A stretch of 64,000 nucleotides of DNA from the human T2T-CHM13v2.0 reference genome, Homo sapiens (GCF_009914755.1 NC_060932.1); one strand, 5' to 3'. Counted from the stretch's first letter, positions 13,361 through 29,032 are shown. The notes: generated from the sequence alone by a model not told the origin. Translations and numbers: made by a program.

Positions 13361-13625
13361 TTTTTTTTTTTTTAAACACTCTGTCGCCCAGGCTGGAGTA
13401 CAGTGGCGTAATCTCGGCACACTGCAGCCTCAACCTCCTCTGGCTCAGGTGATCCTCCTAAGTAGCTGGGACTACAGGTGCACATCACCACACTCAGCTA
13501 ATTTTTGTAAAGATGGGATTTCGCCGTGTCACCCAGGCTGGTCTTGAACTCCTGGACTCAAGTAATCTGCCCACTTTGGCCTCCCAAAGTTCTGGGATTA
13601 CAGGCGTGAGCTATCGTGCCTGGCT
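13361..13625 (-). mobile_element. AluJ with small deletions
   Basis: Reverse-complement Alu; ataacatctt TSD on both sides. Confidence 0.9.
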
Positions 13626-14343
13626 GAAAATAACATCTTAACTGCAAGTTTTCACTTATACTTTTCATTTAAGAATCTTGTCTGTTCTTTATCGAGGCTA
13701 AAATGGGATCTAGCTATCCCCCAGAATCTTTCACATGGGTGGCCCATTTACTTGGTCTGCCATTCTGATCTTTCTGGCCAAAGCTTCATCATCTCTAACC
13801 TCATCACCTCACAAATGAAGGCCATTACCACCAACATTCTAAGTAGCTGACTGCTCTCCCTGGGACACACCTACCATTCTAATAGCAGAGGCAGCTCAAA
13901 TGAGGCCACTAGGAAACTAGCCTGCACTACTCCTCACCTCTTCACAACTGGCAAGACAAGCCAAAAACACTGAGTTACAGTTTAATAGGCTTCCACCAAA
14001 ACTCCTACAGTTCTTAATCATATAAACACTTTTGTCAATTCTTCCTAGTACCCATGATATGGTTCAATTAATACTATTTTCAAAGTAGTCTACTACATGT
14101 AATATAAACTGTAAGTCTGTGTACATCTATGTATGAAGTATACATCCTCTTACCCTTTATAATTAAGTCACCATCACATAAATAAGTCCGTGTATATATG
14201 TATATAAAGTACATATGCTCTTACCTTTATTAAGTTCTCCCATATACATGTGAAAGGATACAGGCATTTCACTGTTAGTTCAAAATAGTGACAGCAATAA
14301 AATTAATACAAATAAAATGACAGAAAACTACCCTTTCTGCATT

Positions 14344-14412
14344 TCTCTCTCTCACACACACACACACACACACGTGCACACACACACACACACATGCACA
14401 CACACACACACA
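14344..14412. repeat. Compound (TC)n(CA)n microsatellite
   Basis: Read directly from the sequence. Confidence 0.95.
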
Positions 14413-15708
14413 GCTGTGATTCCTAAAATTATACAGAAAACAAAGTAATTTGGAGGACATGTCTTTCATAAAATATAAAACAAGGGGGGTTCACATGAGG
14501 AAAACTGATAGCAAATTTTTAATTTCTTACATGATATATATATAACAAATCATGGAGATCATTGGTCACGGCCTCCAGTGATCCAGTGTTGAAGATTTCA
14601 AGCTCAAAAGCTAGCAAAGTTTACTTGACCATTATACAGATTCACTCCTAGACATACTGGTAACTCAATATTCATGATCATCCAGATGCATAAAGAAGAA
14701 CAGAAAATGTAATGAGATATATTCAGCTTTCATTAGTTTTAGCCTTTGAAGTATTGGAAATAGTCTCTAAATTCAACACTAACTTTACAAAATGCAGAAA
14801 CAGTCTTTTAAAAAATTAAAGGCCTCAGCTACCTTACTGTGGTTCTAATACATAACTTATCTCCTAGCTTCTCTAGAGATCACACTAAGGACAATCTTAA
14901 CTTCACTCAGTCCTGTCCCAGTAGTCCTTTACCAGCCACTAACTCACTTCACTGCCTTTGCTTAAGCTTTCCTTGCCTAACTTCAAAGTTTTCCATTCAT
15001 ATTCAAGATTAAGTATATTCTTGAAGTTTGCTCGAGGAGATTAATACATTCGGCTTCTGTCATCACTTTCCTTAAAACATAGGCACACATGAAAAGTCTT
15101 GAAATGAACAAATCTTCAAATGAGCAACAATCTTGCCTTGTATTCATTTGCATTTTGAATAATGTCATTAAGGAATATATCTGAAACAAATTAAGTAAAG
15201 TGTGCCTGGTAACAACATACTCAACAGAAAGCAAGAATGCAGTATGTATTCTCTGCACATAAATGCATGCCTACATTTATACATTTGTGAGAAGCCTGAA
15301 ATTTTTGCAAAATTCATTAATATAATCCATTCAAATATTGTCCAAAGGATACCTCAAAGTTAAGTGAGTACCAAAACTGCTTTAATTGCTTTAACTGATT
15401 CTGTTTCAAAGACATTTATTTTAAGCAACTCTTCAATCCACCTTCTAAAAGTAAATAGCAGTGGCATAAATCAGAATACCAACAGACAAAATTAATGTAG
15501 TTAAAAGTCAACCAGTTAAAGTACAAGTACAATCTCACTATATGACCATCATCACTACTAATCAAAACACTCCAACTAAAACAAAACCAGGAAAAAAACC
15601 GACCTGGATTTCCAAAGCGGTTTTTAATGTTACTAGAGAAAGCAATCACACAGTAGATATTATGATTAAACACTGATGTATTAAGAGAGTTTTAAAAAAG
15701 CTGAATGT

Positions 15709-15744
15709 AGATAGATGGAGAGACAGACAGACAGACAGACAGAT
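15709..15744. repeat. (AGAT/AGAC)n tetranucleotide repeat
   Basis: agatagatggagagacagacagacagacagacagat. Confidence 0.85.
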
Positions 15745-16699
15745 GGGTTTTTAAAGCTACATTACCTACCAAGAGCTTCCAACAATCTCCACTCCTTTGG
15801 GAAGCAGCATTTTAACGAACCAGCTACATGCATCCCAGAGGCTCAACCCACATTTCCTGATTTCTATGACAAAGATTGTCATTAACCTTACCAAGATCAC
15901 CAGGAATGCAGTACCAGTGTGGCCACACTTAAATAAACCTTTCATCTACTTTGAGCAAAACAAAAACACTGTAAAACTGGTATGGCAAGTTACACAACTT
16001 AGCACTATTATACATTAGTTTCAGATGAGACCGTCTGACTAATCAGCGTACCTGAGACACATACAGAAAAGTTGAAGACCTGTAAATGGCACTGAACTTG
16101 GAAAACCAAGAACTAATCAATTCAAGAACTTTTCAGCAGAATAGCTATGAGATTATGTAAACCATCGAATGAATACAATTCTAAGTCTTATAGATTATAT
16201 GTACCTGCTATATTTCAGTGAAAGAAACCGATTATTTTTCAGCTGTAAAGGTCTTTCCTCAGTTCTTCTACAAGACAATTTGTATGTTTCTACGCAATAA
16301 GTTTGTGACATTCTTGGGTACAATTTTTCTTGTCCTCTCTAGGTCTCCTAGACATCATTCATAAACTGGATTCTTTGAATAGACATTTACCATCTTAAAT
16401 TCCTTGAATAAATTTCCTTAAATAAAATTCTAAACTAAACAAGTGGTTTCTAGAATACTGAACTTGTCCTTGTTATAGAAGAACTCTATTAATATCAGTG
16501 ATTAAGCAGGCAATCAAGGCTCACTTATAAAAACTGAGGTTAAGAGGAAAAAAACTCAGCAAGGTTCAAGACCATGTACACACCTATTCATCTGTACACA
16601 CAGAATACATTTTTCACATTAAATATTTTTTCATGTTAAAAAATAACTTTTCATTTGCATTTCTCTGGTGTCAAACTAGATACCTTACCAGAATAAATA

Positions 16700-17980
<1,281 letters not shown>

Positions 17981-18118
17981 GTCATATTCCATCTTACCAC
18001 TTCCAACTGCCTTACCTCCATTAAGTTATTTAACCTATCTAAACCTATTTTTTTTTCCAGTACAAGATGGGAATAATGACTTTGACACAGGATATGAAGA
18101 TTATAAAACACTCAATAA

Positions 18119-18162
18119 ATGATGATGATGATGATGATAATGATGATGATGATGATGATGAT
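18119..18162. repeat. (GAT)n trinucleotide repeat, ~14 units, one interruption
   Basis: Read directly; sits at the end of a MIR-like fragment. Confidence 0.95.
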
Positions 18163-18182
18163 CTGGTTTCTTATTTGCTTCA

Positions 18183-18528
<346 letters not shown>

Positions 18529-18934
18529 AGATGAATGTCAATTAGTAAAAACAATAGCTGGCAGTCATAGAAAAAAATCAGATACCAGAAATTAAAATTT
18601 GGAAAAGTCTTATGTCATAGTACAAAAGCAAAATGCTGAACACAAGTTAACAAAAAGTAACGTGCACAGTATTTACTGAGTCACAAGAAAAAGACAGGTT
18701 ATGCTTACGCAATCTTAAAAAGTATGGCTGTGTGCAATACACTTAGAAAAAATTTCCAGTTGAAGTGGTTAAATAAAATAAAAGCAATTCTAACACCTAC
18801 GAGCTGGTTATCTTCAGTTATCTGGAAATGGCAGCTATGCAAAGCAAATAGATAAGGAATTAATATATAATATTTCTCTCCTAAATAAGAACTTTCAATT
18901 AGCTAATTCATTTTAAAGCCTCCCGTACTCCCAC

Positions 18935-19020
18935 TTACTTAAGAACAGTCAGTAAAGAAAACAGTTCTAACATGGAGGAGGAATTTATTTACATCCTGAA
19001 ATGCTCATATGGTACAGCTT
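18935..19020 (-). terminator. Candidate cleavage/polyadenylation site
   Basis: AATAAA at 18984-18989 (minus), TGTA elements upstream, U/GU-rich ctgtttctttactgactgttctt downstream. Confidence 0.4.
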
Positions 19021-22000
19021 TTAATTAAAAAAAAAGCAAATTCTACATTTACATATATAGCAAATGTATGATATTTTTAAGATATTCTTTACTGGGCTTT
19101 CTCGTACAATAATGATCAGGAGTAAAACTGTCACCTGCTAATCATTTCTGGCACATAGAAACAACAGCATAAAGCTTTCTTACTAAAACAAACAAACTAA
19201 AACAACACAATAGAGTATAGCACATAATCAGAAAAGTAATCATTTTAGTCTTTAAATTTTTAATACAGCTTTTATGTGTCCTTGAATTTACTCTAATTCA
19301 AAATTTTAGCTTGCTGAAATATAAAATGGTACTACAAATTTTAAGCTAATTTTTAAATTGCTAAAACTGTATTAAATTACAGATTTTTTCCTTTTTACAG
19401 ATCTCTTCAGTTGCCTAAGAGTTCATAGCTACAAGTAACAGATATTCCTTACGTTAAAATGTCTAAAATTAATGCTATGTATTAATTTATGTGAAACTTC
19501 TAAAAAGTCTAACATTTTGATGTTATTTTAGATCTACATTTTTTTTCTGGCATTAAACTGCATACGACCAGAGAAATCAAAGTAAAAGTCAGACTTTAGC
19601 CAACTTCATTTTAAGCTAAGCTTTAATTTTCATTTAAGCTGTATCTTTAAATGCTTACATTTAAATTTTCTAAAGCAAAAATCTCATATTCAGTGAAGGA
19701 GCAATCAAACATATTGTGAACAAAATAAAATCATTAAGATGTTACAGTCCCAGCAAAGGCAGTATGAATAAATGCAGTTTTTCACATACATAGACAAACT
19801 ACACTTTTAAACAATAAAACATGACTTACATCATGACATGAATAGAGATGCTGAAAATGTTAGAATGCAAAGTACCCTCAAGGTCAACAGGATTTTCTTT
19901 TATATTCATGTTACATGCGCTCCTTTATTAAGGTTTCAAAAACAATACTTATGAAAAGCAGTCACTATGCGATGAGAGAAGCCATTTTAAGACTTGTAAA
20001 TCAACTATTTTACTAAAAACAAAAGTATATAGTAAACAGTAACTTGAATTAGAAGTGGTTGGGGAAGAAGCCAACACCATTGCTTGTAGCTAAAACTGGA
20101 CAAAGTAAATACATTTTTTTAAATCTCTAGGAATTTTGAAAAAGGAGCAAGTCAACTTTTTCAGTTAAAAAGCAACTACATTTGTGTTTGAGCAGAGAAT
20201 ATCTGTGCCAAGTTTAGCCCACTGTGAATTAAAATGGCTACATTTGTAAGCAGGTTTAAAACTATGCTTAATAATTAAAAGAAAACTACCTACACTTGAA
20301 TATGTTCCACAATACTACAATATATTATAATATGATATTTCTGACTCTACGCTGCTCTAAAACATTTTCCCAACTTCTTCTTCCTAATTCTAAATAGGAA
20401 AATGGGTCTTTTTCTGTGGAAGTTGATAGAAAAGTCTGCCAAAATCCCCTTTGACTATTTTAGTCATAAATTTTGCTGTTGCTGTTTTTAGGTGGGGGTG
20501 GCAAGTGGAGCCTTTTTTAAAGGTGCTTCATAATGTGTATGACTGTGTATTCAGATGTATTACAATTTAAATAGATTTTTAACAGCAAATTTTGATGCTT
20601 ATATCTAATTATTTTTTTCCATTTTAAATAATTCACAAGTGACCAACACTTGCTTTCTTGGCCTGACTACTCTAAGCCTATTTAATCTTTAAAGATCAAA
20701 CTCCAGGAGTCCATAGTTCAGAGAAACACATGCTTTACGAAAGCTGGGATGTGGTTGCTTAATACAGAGAAGAATAAAGCACTGAAGTCATCCCACAGTG
20801 GAGACAGGAAATAAATTATTTTTATTCATGGAGTACAATGCCTAGAACTTTATAGTCATTAACTACAGTTACCAGATTAGGCCTGAAAGGTAAATATGAT
20901 TACTTTCATTTTACAAAGAAACTGTAAAAACTGGGATTTCTCAGTTTCTGAGATAACTTGCCTGGGGTCTCAATGATAGTGGCAAAGCAAGGATTCAAAC
21001 TTATGATTTCATTTTCCAAATTCCATTCTCTTTTCACCCTACCTTCATCCACCCCATTATGTAGTTGCAGCATTTATCAAAGAGCTGGCTGGACCGGTCT
21101 TTTCCAACTGCTTGCAGGGCATGTTCAAAGACTGGACTTTTTTTGGGCAGACCTGAATGAATTTAAAAACCCACATCTAAACTGAACCATGCCCAGAGTA
21201 TTCCTAAGCATTCACTATTACACCGATGGGTACCTTGGGGTGCCAATGCTGTCCCATCACCCTGAAGCTGCATCAGTCCCAGACTCCCAATAGCAGCCAC
21301 TGCTATTGAAGTACATTTCCTGAACTCTGCCAGCAATGGGCAGTTCTGGGCACTGGCCTAGAGATTAAGCCTCTTGCTTCTTAAGAGCAATCATTGCCTT
21401 GCTCCAACACTGCCATGAATAACCTGCTGGGTTAGATTCTCTTTCACACTCTGTTGGGCGACATGAATACACATCAGCAGCAAAAAATTAACACAAACTT
21501 TCAAAATTTAACAGAATTTGCCATTTATCAAGGCATGGAAGGGTGAGAACCACTGGCCTAGGCACACCAGTGGACACAGCCAACAAACCCAGTACACGTT
21601 AATGGTGACCACTACCTGCACTTGTCAATTCACCAGTCCTAAAAGCCATCCAAGACCCTCCCCATCAGCTTGCTCTAACAAAGATTCTTCACCCAGACTG
21701 TTACATGACAATGCCCCTTGCCTGAGCAATATACATACCTATTCTCTAAGAGTGGGTAACACTGGCCAGTTAATGTCAAGCAATAAATGCTTTGCAAATA
21801 AAATATGCATCTTAGTTGTTAATTTCCCTCCTTCCTTCCTTCCACTATTTCTTCTACTTCAGGTTAATCCTCTCTTCTTTTGGTGTCTGTTGCTACTACT
21901 ACCCTAGTCCAGGTCTTCATGCTTTTCACTCTTCAATAGCCTTTGAACTACCCAGTCTTTCTCATCAATACAATTCACTCTACATACTGCTACCTACCTG

Positions 22001-22752
22001 ATAAAACTCTGCTCAGAACTCTTTCAATAGCTCTATATAGTGAACTCAATCAAATTTTAACCCCTATGCCTAACTTTTAAGGCCAAATTTATATCCTCCT
22101 TATTTATTTATCCAAGCTAATTTCCTACTTCAGATGGACACCAAAGAATCAAATCAGCCGTATCACTGAACAATCACAAAATGGCCCATATATCAACCCT
22201 CATGCTTCCTAACACAGCATCTGTTGGCTTGACCTTCTGATGGTGTCAATGCACTGTCTTCCCACACTTTAAGCCTTCCCTGTATCTTTCTGTGTCATGT
22301 GCTCACCCTGGATCTATACCTTTATTAGCTCTACCTATTAACATCCTTCCTCTCTTTCAAAGTTCCGCTCCTACTTCTTTAGGACCTTCCCTGGTCTTCC
22401 CTCTGAGAACTCCATCTCTCTAGTCTATGTACAACGTTCTTGATACTGCATATCACTCGACTCTCTGTCTTGCATTTTAGTTATACTGGTCCACGTTTCT
22501 TATCTTGCCTATTAGAGCATGAAATTCTAAGGGAAGGGGGTTGTAGACTTATCCTTACATCAATCCTAGTAACTCACAGCGCAGAGCATTCCCTGAAATG
22601 ATCCTTGGCAAAAGGCATCAAATACTCTACCTGATAGATGTGGTGAGAAATGAAATATAAACAAAATGACCAAACTTCAATTATCAAAAAGTAGAGACTG
22701 AAAAAATGGAGACTGATACCAGCTCTTAGTAATATTCATTTTGCTCTGGTCA

Positions 22753-23184
<432 letters not shown>

Positions 23185-23620
23185 TCAACTTCCACAACAG
23201 GCCTTTTCTGAATTGATACAAACACATTCACACAGGTACCACAATGTGTGTCATCTCAAAAGCAGAACTGAGCTGGTTTGTCTTTTTGTCTTTTTGTCTA
23301 CTGAAGCAACACACTACAACAGCTAAACAGATTTTACACCAAATCTGAAGGGCTTTCTTCTGTGTGTGACACAACACACATAACAAAAATTTGCCATGAT
23401 TCTGTTTAAATGGACAGTTTAGTTACTGTTAAGCACATTCACACTGTTGTGCAACCAATCTCCAGGACTATTTTCACCTTGTAAAACCAAAATTCTATAC
23501 CAATTAAACAACTCTCATTCCTCCCGCACCCCTGCTCCCTACTCCTGGCAACCACTCTTCTATCTTATTTCTATGAATTTGACTACTCTAGGTACTTCAT
23601 AAGAGTAGAATCATACACTA

Positions 23621-24250
23621 CAGTCTGTGTCAATTAATGATAGGGATACCTTCCAAGAAATGCATCGTTAGGTGATTTCATCATTTTGCGAACATTGTAG
23701 AGCATATTTACACAAACCTAGATGGTGGAGCCTGCTACACACCGAGGCTATATGGTATAGCCTATTGCTTCCAGACCACAAACCTGTACAGTATGCCATT
23801 GTACCGAATACTGTGGGCAACTGCAACAGAGTGGCAAGCATTTGTGTCTCTAAATATATATAAACAAAGAAAAGACACAGTAAAAATACTGTCTGAAACA
23901 TTTTTTTTAAGGTATAGAAGATTTTTAAAAAATTATATACCTGCATAGGGCTCTTGCAATGAATGGAGCTTGCAGGACTGGAAGATGCTGGGTGAGTCAG
24001 TGAGTGAGTGAGTGAGTGGTGAGTGAACAGGGATACCTATGACATTACTGCGAACTTTTATGGAACTGGCAGCATGGTAGGTTTGTTTATACCAGCATCA
24101 TCACAAACATGTGAGTAATGCACTGGGCTAAGACATACTGATGGCTATGGCACTAGATGATAGGAATTTTTAAGTACCTTTATAATCTTATGGGACCACT
24201 GTCGTATATATGATCTGTCGCTGACTGAAAAATCATTATGTGACACATGG
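23621..24250. mobile_element. Tigger3-family (MER7) non-autonomous DNA transposon
   Basis: gaaatgcatcgttaggtgatttcatc...cacaaacctagatgg and terminal ttataatcttatgggaccactgtcgtatat; about 630 bp. Confidence 0.85.
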
Positions 24251-24362
24251 GTGGATCTGTCCTTCTGTGACTGGCTTATTTCACTTAGCCAGTCCACCCA
24301 TATTGTAACATGTATCAGAAATTCCTTCTTTTTTAAAGGTAATTAATGTTTAATTATATGTA

Positions 24363-24737
24363 CGTATTAGCCCATTTTCACACTACTATAAAGAAGTATC
24401 TTAATTTATAAAGAAAAGAGGTTTAATTGAATCACAGTTCCTCATGGGGAGGCCTCAGGAAACTTACAATCATGGTGGAAGGTGAAGGGGAAGCAAGGCA
24501 CATCTTACATGGTGGCAGGAGAGACAGAGACAGAGAGGGAGAGAGAAAGAGAGAGAGAAAACGGAGGAAATGCCACAAAACAACCAGATCTCGTAAGAAC
24601 TCACTCACTATGACAAGAACTACAAGGGGGAAATCCACCCCCATGATACAATCCCCTCCCACCAGGCCCCTCCTCCAACATGTGGGGATTACAATTTGAG
24701 ATGAGATTTGGGTGGGACACAGTGCAAAACCAAATCA
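24363..24737 (-). mobile_element. MaLR solo LTR (MSTA/THE1-like)
   Basis: ggaggcctcaggaaacttacaatcatggtggaagg...gagatttgggtgggacacag; 5-bp TSD atgta on both sides. Confidence 0.9.
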
Positions 24738-25123
24738 ATGTATATACCGCATTCTGCTTATCCATTCATCCACTGATGGACACCCGGGTTGCTTCTACCT
24801 TTGGACTATTGTAAATAATGGTGCTGTGAACACAGGTGTCCACTCTGGAGGGGCCATGTGAAGAGGGGAGAGGACTAGGGCACCACAATGGAAAAAAGTC
24901 ATCTTCCAAAATAGCCAAAAATAAGAGACAATAGGTGTCCCACAAATATATATACTGACGGAGACAAGTTTATATTTATAAAGATGCCATGGAGCAGGAG
25001 CACTCACAAAACAAATTGAGTGCCAAAATAAACTCATTAATGTTTTTGAATACCTGGTATGGACTGATAATTGACAACTCTAAGTGTTTGTACACACAAT
25101 TTAGCCTACCCAGCACTGCTGAG

Positions 25124-25125
<2 letters not shown>

Positions 25126-25156
<31 letters not shown>
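25126..25156. repeat. (GT)n microsatellite
   Basis: Read directly. Confidence 0.95.
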
Positions 25157-25157
<1 letters not shown>

Positions 25158-25334
25158 TGTAACACAGCTGCCACACTGCCTCCCAAACATCAAGAAGAGC
25201 AAGAATGTAAGAAACTCCTGCCAACATGTCCCTCCCAAGGTCCCTTGTCTGGTCAGAAAAAGCTTGAGAGGAAAGAGTCTCACAAAGGAAAGAATTTGGA
25301 CGCAACTTTCCAAGAGAGACCTTTCTGAATAGGC

Positions 25335-25590
25335 AACAGAGGACAGTGGTTAAGGTCAAAAATTCAGGAGGCAAACTGCTGAGACTCGAATAGTGATCCT
25401 ATACATAATAGCTGTGGGACCTTAGGCAAGTTACCCAGCCTCTGCGTAACTTGTATAACTCTACCATCTGTAACACTGAAAACAGTCAAAACCCCTTCAC
25501 AGTGTTGCTCTCAGGTTTAAGTAAGTCAATATTAACAAAGGTATTTAGAACAATGCCTAGCCCATGGTAAACACTATACAAGTTTCTGTA
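25335..25590 (+). mobile_element. MIR SINE
   Basis: cagtggttaagg...agctgtgggaccttaggcaagttacccagcctctg...tttagaacaatgcctagcccatggtaaacact. Confidence 0.75.
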
Positions 25591-25609
25591 AAAGAAATGA
25601 GGCTAAAGC

Positions 25610-28600
25610 TGATCACGTAATTGGAATAAAACACTCCTCAGCAAATGCAAAAGAACTGGTCATAACAGTCTCTCAGACAACAGCGCAATCAAATTAGAAC
25701 TCAAGATTAAGAAATTCACTCAAAACCACAAAACTACATGGAAATTCAACAACCTGCTCCTGAATGACTCTTGGTAAATAATGAAATTAAGGCAGAAATC
25801 AAGTTCTTGAAACTAATGAGAACAAAGAGACAACATACCAGAATCTCTGGGATGCAGCTACAGCAGTGTTGATGGAAATTCGTAGCACTAAATGCCCACA
25901 TCAAAAAGCTAGAAAGATCTCAAGTTAATAACCTACCATCACAACTAAAAGAACTAGAGAACCATGAGCAAAAATACCCGAAAGCTAGCAGAAGACAAGA
26001 AATAACCAAGATCAGAGCTCAATTGAAGGAGATAGAGACACAAAAAAACCCTTAAAAAAAAATCAACCAATCCAGGAGCTGGTTTGTTGAAAAAGTTAAT
26101 AAAATGGATAGACTGCTAGCTAGACTAATAAAGAAGAAAATCTAGAGAAGAATCAAATAAGCACAATCAGAAATAATAAGGCGATTATCACAACAGACCC
26201 CACAAAATACAACCATTAGAGAATACTATAAACACTTCCATGCACATGAAATAGAAAAATCTAGAAAATATGGATAAATTCCTGGACACATACACCCTCC
26301 CAAGACTGAACCAGAAAGAAACTGAATCCCTGAACAGACCAATAATGAATTCTGAAGTTGAGGCAGTAATAAATAGCCTACCAACCAAAAAAGGCCCAGG
26401 ACCAGAGATTCACAGCTGAATTCTATCAGAGGTACAAAGAAGAGCTGGTACCATTTCCACTGAAACTATTCCAAAAAACTGAAAAGGAGGGACTCCTCCC
26501 TAACTCATTCTACGAGGCCAGCATCATCCTGATACCAAAACTTGGCAGAAATACAAAAAAAGAGAAAACTTCAGGCCAGTATCCTTGATGAAGAGTGATG
26601 CAAAAACCCTCAATAAAATACTGGCAAACTGAATCCAGAAGCACATCAAAAAGCTTATCCACCAGGATCAAGGTGGCTTCAAGGTATGCTTCATCCCCAG
26701 GGTGCAAGGTTGGTTCAATACACACAAAACAGTAAATGTGCTTCACTACATAAACTGCACTAAAGACAAAAAACACATGATTATCTCAATACACGCAGAA
26801 AAGGCCTTCAATAAAATTCAACATCCCTTCATGTTAAAAAATCTCAATAAACTAGGTATTGAAGGAACATACCTCAAAATAATAAGAGCCATATATGACA
26901 AACTCACAGCCAGTATCATACTGGAAGCATTTCCCTTGAAAACCGGCATAAGACAAGGATCCCCTCTCTCAACATTTCTATTATGCATAGTACTGGAAGT
27001 TCTGGCCAGGGCAATCAGTCAAGAGAAAGAAATAAAGGGTATTCAAATAGGAAGAAAGGAAGTCAAATTGTCTTTGTTTGAAGACAGCATGATCCAGCAT
27101 CTAGAAAACCCCATAGTCTCAGCCCGAAAGCTTCCTAAACTGATAAGCAACTTCAGCAAAGTCTCAGGATACATCAATGTGCAAAAATCACTAGCATTCC
27201 TATACACCAAAGACAGGCAAGCAGAAAGCCAAATCATGAATGAACTCCCATTCGCAATTGCTACAAAGAGAATAAAATACCTAGGAATACAGCTAACAAG
27301 GGAAGTGAAGGACATCTTCAAGAAGAACTACAAACCACTGCTCAACGAAATCACAGAGGAGACAAACAAATGGAAAAACATCCCATGCTCATGGATAGGA
27401 AAATTCAATATTATGAAAATGGCCATACTGCCCAAAGTAATTTATAGATTCAATGATATTCCCATTAAACTACCATTGGCATTCTTCACAGAATTAGAAA
27501 AAAAAATAACTTTTAAAATTCATATGGAACCAAAAAAGAGCCCAAATAGCTAAGACAATCCTAAGCAAAAAGAACAAAGCTGGAGGCATCACACTACCCG
27601 ACTTCAAGCTATACTACAAGGCTACAGTAACCAAAACAGCATGGTACTGGTATAAAAACAGACACACAGACCAATGGAACAGAATAGAGAACTCAGTAAT
27701 ATAACTGTTGCACACCTACAACCATCTGATCTTCAACAAACCTGACAAAAACATGCAATGGGGAAAAGATTCCCCGTTTAATAAATGGTGCTGGGAGAAC
27801 TGGCTAGCCATATGCAAAAAACTGAAAGTGGACCCCTTCCTTACACCTTATACAAAAATTAACTCAGGATGGATTAAAGACTTAAATGTAAAATGCAAAA
27901 CTATAAAAACCCTAGAAGAATATCTAGGCAATACCATTCAGGACATAAGCATGGGCAAAGATTTCATGATGAAAATGCCAAAAGCAATTGCAACAAAAGC
28001 AAAAATTGACAAATGGGATCTAATTAAACTAAAAAGCTTCTGCACAGAAAAAGAAACTATCATCAGAGTAAACAGACAACCTACAGAATGGGAGAAACAT
28101 TTGGTAATCTATCTTTCTGACAGTGGTCTGATATCCAGAGTCTACATGGAACTTAAACAAATTTATAAGAAAAAACCAAACAACTCCACTAAAAAGTGGA
28201 CAAAGGACATGTACGAGCACTTCTTAAAAGAAGATATACATGCAGCCAACAAACATATGAAAAAAAGCTCAACATCACTGATCCTTAGAGAAATGCAAAT
28301 CAAAACCACAAGGAGACAGATACCATCTCACGCCAGTCAGAATGGCGATTATTAAAAAGTCAAAAACAGCAAATGCTAGCGAGGTTGCAGAGAAAAAGAT
28401 ATGCTTTTACACTACCGGTGGGAGTGTAAATTAGTTCAACCATTGTGGAAGACAGTGTAGCGACTTCTCAAAGACCTAGAGTCAGAAATACCATTTGACC
28501 CAGCAATCCCACTATTGGGTATACACCCAAAGGAATATAAATCATTCTATTATAAAGATACATGTATGCATATGTTCACTGCAGCACTATTCACAATAGC

Positions 28601-29022
28601 AAAGACATGGAATCAACATGATAGACTGGATAAAGAAAATATGGTACATATAAACCACGGAATACTATGCAGCCATAAAAAGGAACAAGATCATATCCTT
28701 TGCAGGGACATGAATGGACATGAAGTTACTATCCTCAGCAAACTAACACAGGAACAGAAAAACAAACACCGCATGTTTTTACTTGTAAGTGGGAGTTGAA
28801 TGATAAGAACACATGGACACATGGTAGGGAACAACACACACTGGGGCCTGTTGGGGGTAGCAGGGAGCATCAGGAAAAATAGCTAATGAATGCTGACCTT
28901 AATACGTAGGTGATGGGATGATCTGTGTGGCAAACTACCACGGCAGATGTTTACCTATGTAACAAAACTGTACATCCTGCATGTGTACCCCTGAACTTAA
29001 AAAGTTGAAAAAAAAAAAAAAA
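25610..29022 (+). mobile_element. 5'-truncated LINE-1 (older L1PA/L1PB), ~3.4 kb, disrupted ORF2
   Basis: ORFs 26702-27553 (RT motifs [11 protein letters not shown]; LFEDSMI in place of FADD) and 27708-28355 match L1 ORF2. L1P 3'UTR and poly(A) present; frameshifts and stops. Confidence 0.97.
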
Positions 29023-29032
29023 GAAACAAATA

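Larger units (their letters stand above)
23400..24845 (-). mobile_element. L1MB-type 3' region split by Tigger3 and a MaLR LTR
   Basis: ttctatgaatttgactactctaggtac, gtgactggcttatttcacttagc and tccattcatccactgatggacac are colinear L1M 3'UTR pieces. Confidence 0.8.

Noticed and set aside
21518-21907. 129-aa ORF on +
   Set aside because: Starts at TTG, has no recognisable domain, and lies against the inferred transcription direction.
24976-25374. 132-aa ORF with THTHTH
   Set aside because: Explained by the (GT)n microsatellite.
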